Source of the DNA: Wolbachia endosymbiont of Armadillidium arcangelii
GTDB lineage: Bacteria; Pseudomonadota; Alphaproteobacteria; Rickettsiales; Anaplasmataceae
NCBI RefSeq assembly: GCF_040207875.1
Contig: NZ_CP157942.1
Location: 168,001-200,000, forward strand
Length of the DNA: 32,000 nt
Direction: 5' to 3'
Part shown: piece by piece, positions 8,811 through 18,800 of the stretch
How the letters are laid out: the number at the start of each line of letters is the position of its first letter
How positions within the stretch are numbered: the stretch's first letter is position 1
The notes under the pieces: generated by a model
Told to the model about the DNA's origin: nothing
The model's database searches: none
The model's input: only the letters and a program-made list of their open reading frames with translations
Position numbers and translations under genes: made by a program

Positions 8811-9821
8811 AAAAGAATATTTGGCACTGAGAAGAATAAAGATATCCTCATTCATTTCTTGAAAGATATTTTAGGCTTTACTGGCTTAGCCGCTATTCAC
8901 GATGTTGAATTCTTAGCTACCATTTTGGACCCAGAGATTGCCGCCAAAAAGCAGAGTATTGTCGATGTTCTTTGTAAGGACTCTCAAGGTTCCAGATACA
9001 TCATAGAGATGCAGTTCACTAAGACCAAAGGCTTCGAAAAGCGTGCTCAGTATTATGCTGCTAAAGCCTACTCAAGTCAAGCTGATCAAGGTGATGAGTA
9101 TCATAATCTCAAGGAAATTATCTTTATTGCTGTTGCTGATTGCATTATTTTTCCAGATAAGGCTGAGTACAAATCAAATCATGTCATCTTGGATAAAAAT
9201 AGCTTTGAACATGACTTGAAGGATTTTTACTTTGTATTCATAGAACTACCAAAATTTACAAAGACAAAAGAAGACCAACTAGAAAATATAGTAGAAAAAT
9301 GGTGTTATTTTTTTCGTTATGCAGGAGAAACAAGGGAAGAGGATCTAGATAAGATAGTTGGTAGTGACGTAATAATAAAACGAGCTTATGAAGAGATGAA
9401 TAAGTTTAACTGGTCAGAAGAAGAATTACTAGCATATGAGCAAAGGAAAAAACGTATAATGGATGAGATTGCTGCTTTTGCTGAAAAATTTGATGAGGGT
9501 CTTAGACTAGGTCAAGAAAAAGGTAGACAGGAAGGCATCCAAATCGGCCGTCAAAAAGGTAAAATTGAAGGTATAGCAGAGGGCGAACAACAGGCTAAAA
9601 TAGCTGTGGCCAAAAATCTACTTAAGGCTGGCGTCTCTACTGACATCATATCGCAAACTACAGGTCTTTCCTCTAATGAAATCAAGCAGTTACAGGCAGA
9701 AAGACCATATAGTTCCTTGATTTATCGCTCTAACACACTGCTTATTCCTTTAACTACTGATGTTCCATTTAAGAAAGTATTAGGCCTCTTAGGTAGCTCT
9801 ACTTTCCTTGAAACTTGTTGA
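8811..9821 (+). CDS. 3' exon of the Rpn-family PD-(D/E)XK nuclease / putative transposase gene
   Basis: KRIFGTEKNKDILIHFLKDIL, the nuclease-core-like block VDVLCKDSQGSRYIIEMQ, and a C-terminal repetitive GRQEGIQIGRQKGKIEGIAEGEQQAKIAVAKNLLKAG tail are typical of the family. The listed ORF start at 8631 lies inside intron RNA. The last 100 nt overlap the convergent giant gene. Confidence 0.75.
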   Translation, partial: KRIFGTEKNKDILIHFLKDILGFTGLAAIHDVEFLATILDPEIAAKKQSIVDVLCKDSQGSRYIIEMQFTKTKGFEKRAQYYAAKAYSSQADQGDEYHNLKEIIFIAVADCIIFPDKAEYKSNHVILDKNSFEHDLKDFYFVFIELPKFTKTKEDQLENIVEKWCYFFRYAGETREEDLDKIVGSDVIIKRAYEEMNKFNWSEEELLAYEQRKKRIMDEIAAFAEKFDEGLRLGQEKGRQEGIQIGRQKGKIEGIAEGEQQAKIAVAKNLLKAGVSTDIISQTTGLSSNEIKQLQAERPYSSLIYRSNTLLIPLTTDVPFKKVLGLLGSSTFLETC

Positions 9822-12800
9822 TCTAAGACTTCAGAAGGTTTCTCTATTTTTTGTTGTAGCAGTACAGTTTCTTTTTCCCCTTCTAATTGGCTTCTTAAGT
9901 GGACTAGAAACTTATCAGTTTGTTTTAATTCTGGACATGCTTCTTTTGCAAATGAATATAGAGTTTTTGATATTTCAGAAAATTTTTCACTTACTATTTG
10001 CCTAACTATAGCTGATTGTACTACCACAGGATCAAAGCTTAGATTTTTTACTGATATACCTGATTTAGTGGCTGTTTCATTCAATAATCGCTCAAATCCC
10101 TTTGTAATATTCAATGCATAGCTCTGTGCCTCTAGTGGAGATATAGGCTGATCTGCTGTAGAAATGTACTTTTGACCTGTAACTTTTCTAATCAATAAAT
10201 CAAGTAACATTATTGTACCATTTACATCTATTGGCGCATCAATTTGTGAGATGGAGCTTGTAGTATTTAATGTTTCCTCAGGTAAAGCAGCTCTAGAACT
10301 AAACAACCCTCCTATAGAATCTTTTACCCAACTAAACAAATCATTTATCCATGAAGATGGTCTTGCGCTACTACTTGCCACTACCTCATGTTGATTACTT
10401 AAATCTATAGCAAGAGGTTTACGTGATAAGTGACCATGATGACGATTATAATCTCCATGGTGATGACGACGTTTGCGTTGTGTAGTTTTTTTCTTTTCTT
10501 GTACACTTTCTTCAGCTCTTTTTGGTGAACCTCCTGCTTCTGTAGAATTCTGCTTGAATTCTTGATAAAATTCACTGATCTCTTGTTTTTTTTCAAGTCT
10601 AAGTGGAAGGATAAAAGTTTGCCATACCCATTTGAACATTTCCTCATTTTCACGATGTGCTACAGCTTCAAGACACTCCTTCCATTTTTGAATGAGAATA
10701 CCACTAATATGGGGTGAATAAATTATTGATTCCTTATCAACACTAATGGCAGATCGAAATCTTTTTAAAAAATAAACACCCTCACGGCCTGTAATTATAA
10801 GAGCAAGAGCTTTATAATCACCAGTCTTTAGCATCTCACGTTGTACCTCTAATGATCCTGCCTTATCCCATAGAGAATCTGCTACTTCAGTATGATCATT
10901 TTTAGCAGCCAAATTGAATGCACGATAGCCACCAGCCTTTAGCATTTCGTGTTGTATCTCTGATAAGCTTGTCTTGTTCCACAGAAAATCTAATATCTTA
11001 TCATGACCATTTTTTGCAACTAATACGAATGCTTCATAATTATTAGCCTTTAGCATCTCACGTTGCACCCCTACTGCCTTATCCCATAGAGAATTTACTA
11101 CTTCAGTATGACCATTTTTAGCAGCAAATCTGAATGCTTCATAACTATCAGACTTTAACATTTCGCGTTGTACCTCTGATAAGCTTGTCTTATTCAATAG
11201 AAAATTTACTACTTCAGTATGACCATTTTCAGCAGCAAATATGAATGCTTCATAATTATTAGCCTTTAGCATCTCACGTTGCACCCCTAATGATTCTGCC
11301 TCATCCCATAGAGAATTTACTACTTCAGTATGACCATTTTCAGCAGCCAATTTGAACGCATAATAATCATTATCCCTTAGCATTGCAAGCTGTATACCTA
11401 ACTGTTTTGCCTTTGTCCACAGAGAGTCTATTACTTCATCATAACCACCTTTAACAGCGAATCTGAATGGTTTATAACATCCAGTCATCAGCATTGAATA
11501 TTGTACCCCCGATGAATTTGCCTTGCCCCACAGAAAATCTAATATCTTATCATGACCATTTTCAGCAGCCAATTTGAATGCCAGATGATGCCAAAATTCT
11601 AGCATTTCATGTTGTACTTTAAATGACTCTGCCTTTTTCCACAGGGAGTCTACTACTTTAATATGACCATTTTCAGCAGCCAATTTGAACACATGATAAC
11701 CACTATCCCTTAGCATTTTATATCGTACCCCTGATTTTACCTTATCCCACAGAGAGTTTACTACTTCAGTATGACCATTTTCAGCAGCCAGTTTGAATGC
11801 TTCATACTTTATGATACCAGCTTCTAACATAAAATATTCCATCTTCAATGATACTGCTTCTTCCCACAGAAAGTTTACTGCTTTAGTATAACCATTTCCA
11901 GCAGCCAAATTGAATGCACGATAGCCACCAGCCTTTAGCATCTCACGTTGCACCCCTACTGCCTTATCCCATAGAGAATTTACTACTTCAGTATGACCAT
12001 TTTTAGCAGCAAATCTGAATGCTTCATAACTATCAGCCTTTAACATTTCGCGTTGTACCTCTGATAAGCTTGTCTTATTCAATAGAAAATTTACTACTTC
12101 AGTATGACCATTTTCAGCAGCAAATGTGAATGCTTCATAATTATTAGCCTTTAGCATCTCACGTTGCACCCCTAATGATTCTGCCTCATCCCATAGAGAA
12201 TTTACTACTTCAGTATGACCATTTTCAGCAGCTAATTTAAATGCTTCATAGCGATCAGCTCCTAGCATTTCACATTGCACCCCTACTGCCTTATCCCATA
12301 GAGAATTTACTACTTTAGTATGACCATTTCTAGCAGCTAATTTAAATGCTTCATAGCGATCAGCTCCTAGCATTTCACATTGCACCCCTACTGCCTTATC
12401 CCATAGAGAATTTACTACTTTAGTATGACCATTTCTAGCAGCTAATTTAAATGCTTCATAGTCATTGGCTTCTAGCATTTCACGTTGCACCCCTACTGCC
12501 TTATCCCATAGAGAATTTACTACTTCAGTATGACCATTTTTAGCAGCTAATTTAAATGCTTCATAGCGATCAGCTCCTAGCATTTCACGTTGCACCCCTA
12601 CTGCCTTATCCCATAGAGAATTTACTACTTCAGTATGACCATTTTTAGCAGCTAATTTAAATGCTTCATAGTCATTGGCTTCTAGCATTTCACGTTGCAC
12701 CCCTACTGCCTTATCCCATAGAGAATTTACTACTTCAGTATGACCATTTTTAGCAGCATAATAAAAAGGTATATTGCCATACTTATCTATATCCATAACA

Positions 12801-15800
12801 CTAACAGCTTGATTAATAAAAAATTTAACCATACTCAATTTGCCTTCTTGAGCAGCTAAGTGCAAAAGACTACGACCGCGAATATCTTGATATTCAATGC
12901 TAGCACATCCTTTATCAAAAGATGTTAACCTCTCAATATCAATACTTTTAGCTAGATCCTCAACTTCATCCATATTATCTTGATCTATAGCATCAAACAT
13001 CCGCTCTCTTAATGAAGAACCAACTTTATTCTCACCATCAGGATCCACCCCTGCCCTTGCGGGCTCAAATTTAAGATTTGCACTGTTAACTTTGTAAAAC
13101 CTACCACCTTTGTTAAATTGAAAAGCAACTTGTTGATATTTTGGACCTCGTAAATAATTATCTAAAACAATTTGGAAAGATCCTTGATTAATATGACTAC
13201 TAAGTACTATTTCATTAGCATTCTCACAATTTACTTTACATTTAATATTTTTTGGATCTATGTCACACCCAGTAAGGTCAATTACCTTATCAGATGTGCT
13301 AGCGTAAGGTGCTGTTATTATTCTCAGTGTAAAATCAACTGAATGACTACGCTTGTAAGTCTGAGGAAATTTAACAACGTAATCACTACTGTATGAGTTC
13401 ATTTCTATCGTAATAACCTTCTTACAATGAATATTTTCACAACTAAAATCAGCTGCTATCTCATCAGTATAAATACCTCCAATTATCTCTTCATAAACAA
13501 CATTGCCCACAATTTTCTTCGCTTGCACTAAAGATATTGGGACACCTAGATTATTGTTATTAATAATATCTTTTGCGACTTTATAAGCCGTTGGACCTTC
13601 TGAATCTATAATGTTTGCAATTATTACTGCTTTCGATATTTTTTTACTGTCTTCCATAATTTTGCTACCAACATCAATTCCTGAGTGATTCAGCTTCTGA
13701 TACTTCATATCTTTTATTAAATCAGACAAAGATTTATTCTGTATCGTAACTACTTCTGTTATCCCTGCTTTTTTTGCTTGGATCATTAATTTTTCAAAAT
13801 CACCTACCTTAATACTTGCAACTTTGCTCTTTTCATCATCAGCCAAAAGCTCTAGATTGTAATAAGCTTGGTGTTCATTTATTCTTAATAGTCTAATATC
13901 ATTACCTTCAAAAAGTATCACATCCAAGTTTTTCTTTGATCCAAGATTACCAGAATTTATACCAGCACCATCACCACTGCTCTTATCAACAATGAATGAT
14001 GTTTGTTTTGTACTTCTAAGGTGTGTATCCCTCTTGTTAACCTTTCTCACTTCATAATCATTGTCTTGGCAATCGACATCATGACTTTGTATAGAATTAT
14101 ACCCTCCGCCTTCTCCTGCATCAATATACCTTGTTTTGCAATCAGTAATAATGGATTGATTATCTGTAGAATGAGAAACATAATCATATACATTCAATAA
14201 ATGTATTTTTGATTCTCCCATTTCAACAATCCCTTTATTTAATTCAACAGAAAGGCTAGGGGTATCATAATTCATTACTATGATATTATTTACTATTCCT
14301 CCACTAATATTACCACGAGTATCGTGATTGATAATAAAGGTATTATCATGATATTTTGAACCGATATAATCTATCTCACCCTTTGGAACATACATAATTG
14401 CTGGGTAATCTTTTGCTGCTATTAACTGATTAGGCCCTAATAGGTATAATATTGGAGAAGAGCGACTCTTTTTTATATCGGCTAAAACGAAAGGTTCATC
14501 TGAAAGGACAAATTCCTGTGTACATTCTCTACGAAGTTTGGCAATATTACAAGCGGAAGATTTTCTTCTTGGATAAATTAGATTGATTACAGCACCACAT
14601 TGAGGTTCTTTTTTCGTGTATTTTAATGGTGCATCTACAACTCTTAAATCAAGGTTTTCGTACTCAAATCTGGTTAGATGAAAGACATGTCTTGCGTTTG
14701 TATCAATAATATAAACCTCTTCTTCATTAAATTTGTCAAAACATCCCATATTACTACGAAAAGCTCCCACATCTCCACTCATGCCCAAGATATAAGGTTT
14801 CATCTTTAGTGCTTTAGGTATATTAAGGAGAGATAAATTATGATACGCTACGTAAGAATTAGAAATAGTGCCAGCACCACTATTAAAAGAAACGTTTTTA
14901 TATTCTTTTTCCGGCTCACATTCAACTGTATAATGTACTTTCATCGCTTGAGAATACATTCCTTCTCTATGAATAGTTATCTCATTATATCTTTCTTTAA
15001 TAGAGGATATATACCATACAACTGCAGCTACATCACTACCAACCAACACTTCAACAGCCTTCTTTTTTACATCATTTAAATGACCTTTTATTCTAATTAC
15101 CTCTTCATACTCCTTTCCTAAATCTCTTCCTGTAAAAAATTTTCTCCATTCTGCAAAAAATACATCTGCTTGCTCTTTGCCAGGTAATAGAGGCACTTGT
15201 TCCGCTATTGCTCTAGTATATTCCATTCTTTCATGGATGCTCGTACCAATTGATATCAACATATCAACAACCCCAATAACCTTTGACAACTTGCCTAAAG
15301 TTTTGCTTGCAATAGATAACCTTCTTAAAATCTTAGGAGTAATATTTATGCCCTTTATCGCAAAACTAAATCCCATTACAGGCCTTATACTCATACTCGC
15401 CAATTTTACACCGCTACTAGTTGTCCAATAGTAGTTTAATGGATGATGATTACCTTTCGCTATTTCACTTATGCTATATATAAATTGATAAGCAACGGTT
15501 ACAAATGTAATGCTTTTCACTACAGGATTACTAATTATTTTAACAAAACCTTTACGTATAACATCTGGTATCTTGTTTGTAATCTTCCTCCCTAAAAGTC
15601 TTACTCCCTTACTACCATCAGGACGCATATGTTGAGTGCTTAGACTTTCCCTGACATCATCGAGAGCATCCAATACGCCATTTATGCCAAATATTTTCTT
15701 TAAAGCATCATTGTCATGCCGCCCAAGAGTTGATGTATCAAGTATACTGTCAAAAAGATCATAGATAGCCATAAAAAAGAAAAGCTTTCCTCCTTTAGCT

Positions 15801-18800
15801 CCCTTTACTCTTGCTGAATCAAACTTATTGCGATTAAATTCAATTCCATGACCTTCAAGTTTTTTTTCTACATCATTAATGTATTCTTCAAAAATCTTCT
15901 CACCTAAACTGTCAAAACGATTTCTAAATCGGTCAAAAGTATCTTCTCCTATGCCTTTTTGTAAAAAACTTTGTCTAATTTCATTCATAGCATTACTATA
16001 ACCCTGATCAGTTATTTCAGCATTGCCTATCTCTTCAATCTCCTTCACACTTGCTGATAACCCTAGATTGTTCAATTCATTACGAATCACTTCCTTTTTA
16101 TTTTTAGTAAGGCTGCTAATTACATCATCAACCTTTACTTTATATCCACCAGGAATATTCAAACAATGCTTAACGTCCTCTCCCTCTTGCGTTATTACAT
16201 ACTCTTTATCATTATCCGTTTTGAATTTGATCTCAGAAATTTCCTCATCTAATATATAATTTTCTGTGTTTTGTATGCTTGCAACATCACCTATCACTAC
16301 TTTTTGGTAGTTGCCATTATTATCCTTTACGTTCACGTATACTTCATCAGCAGATACCTGAATGGAATGTATAGTCATTACTTCTTTATTATAGGCCTCA
16401 ATTTCTGTATAAACCCCCTCGACGTTACTATCACTAAAGTAATCCTTTATGTCTGTATCACTGAGCTCACTATATATAGCATCTAATCTACTCCCGCTCT
16501 CTATATAACTATAGGAGCTAACCTTATTTTTTATTTGATCAGAATACAATTTATCTTGATCAACAATATTATCTTCATTTTTTGATAAGTAATATAAGTC
16601 ATGTCCTACACTGAGCAACGGATTATCAAAAATCCTACTTTCTATTGCTTCCAAACGATCTCTATGAACATGATTTTTGTGATCATAAACGAGTGCGCCA
16701 ATATCAATCAGTGTGTTGTAATATGTCTTTTTTTCTAATTTTGTAGACATTTTACTTTCTTGACTCATCAACAATGATACTTCATTTAGTTGTAAGGACT
16801 GTAATGCGTTACTTAACACATCACTCTTGTTTACATCATGAGTAGTAGTGCCTTTTATTTTTTCATGTCTAGTTAAAACTTCGTTACCTATTTTACTTTT
16901 GAATTCTTTGAGCTCCACCGCCATTTCATCATCAATATTCAATTCTGGCTCGTCTCTTCTCTTTTTAAGTTCAAAAATCAGAAGATTACAATGCTTTTCC
17001 AAGTCAGGATCTGATGATGAATCCAACTTTAATAGCACATTTAAGGTATTTGTAATATCCTGAGCATTAAACTGATCTGATATTTCCATTCCTCTTTCAA
17101 CAAGCTTAAGAATTAGAGATTCATAATGACCTTTCCAATTAGGGTCCGATGATAGATCCCACTTTGATAGCGCATTTAAGATATTTGCAATATCTTGAGC
17201 ATTAAACTGATCTGATATTTTTATTCCCATTTTTGCAAGACTAAAAATCAGAAAATTATAATGATATCTGTCCAAATGAGGATCCGATAACAGATCCCAC
17301 TTTGATAGCGCATTTAAGGTATTTGCAACATCTTGAGCATTAAACTGACTAAGTATTTCCTCTCCCCTTTTTGTAAGCTTGAGAATCAGAGGCTTATAAT
17401 GATCTTTCCAATTAAGGTCCGATAACAGATCCCACTTTGATAGCGCATTTAAGGTATTTGCAATATCTTGAGCATTAAACTGATCTGATATTTTTATTCC
17501 CATTTTTGCAAGCTTGAGAATCAGAGGCTTATAATGATCTTTCCAATTAAGGTCCGATGACAGACCCCACTTTGATAGCGCATTTAAGGTATTTGCAATA
17601 TCTTGAGCATTAAACTGATCTGATATTTTTATTCCCATTTTTGCAAGCTCGAGAATCAGAGGCTTATAATGATCTTTCCAATTAAAGTCCGATAACAGAT
17701 CCCACTTTGATAGCGCATTTAAGGCATTTGCAATATCTTGAGCACTAAACTGATCTGATATTTTTATTCCCATTTTTGCAAGCTCGAGAATCAGAGGCTT
17801 ATAATGATCTTTCCAATTAAAGTCCGATAACAGATCCCACTTTGATAGCGCATTTAAGGCATTTGCAATATCTTGAGCACTAAACTGATCTAGATAATAA
17901 ACCAAATCTGATTTTTTTCTCTTTTTTATAAGCCTAAGAATCCGAGATTTATAATGATCTTTCCGATCAAGGTCCGATAACAGATCCCACTTTAATAGCA
18001 CATTTAAGGTATTTGTAATATCCTGAGTACTAAACTGATTCGATATTTCTACTTGCCTTTCAACAAGATCAATGATTATAAACCTATTATTTTTTTTGAA
18101 TTTATGAGAAAATAACGGATCCAACTTTGATAGCGCATTTAAGGTATTTGTAATATCTTGAGCACTAAACTGATACGCTACTCTCATTTCCCTTTCAATA
18201 AGCTTAACAATCAGAGACTTATAATGTTTTTTCCAATAAAAATCCGATAACAGATTCCACTTTGATAGCGCATTTAAGGTATTTGCAACATCTTGAGCAT
18301 TAAACTGATTTGATATTCTCTCTCCCTTTTCAGCAAGACTAACAATCAGAGGCCTATAACTTTTCCAATTAAGGCCCGATAACAGATCCCACTTTGATAG
18401 CGCATTTAAGGTATTTGCAATATCTTGAGCATTAAACTGATCTGATATTTTTATTCCCATTTTTGCAAGCTCGAGAATCAGAGGCTTATAATGATCTTTC
18501 CAATTAAGGTCCGATGACAGACCCCACTTTGATAGCGCATTTAAGGTATTTGCAATATCTTGAGCATTAAACTGATCTGATATTTTTATTCCCATTTTTG
18601 CAAGCTCGAGAATCAGAGGCTTATAATGATCTTTCCAATTAAGGTCCGATGACAGACCCCACTTTGATAGCGCATTTAAGGTATTTGCAATATCTTGAGC
18701 ATTAAACTGATCTGATATTTTTATTCCCTCTTTAACAAGCTCAAGAATTAGAGGCTTATAACGTTCTTCCCAATCAGGATCCGATAACAGATCCCACTTT

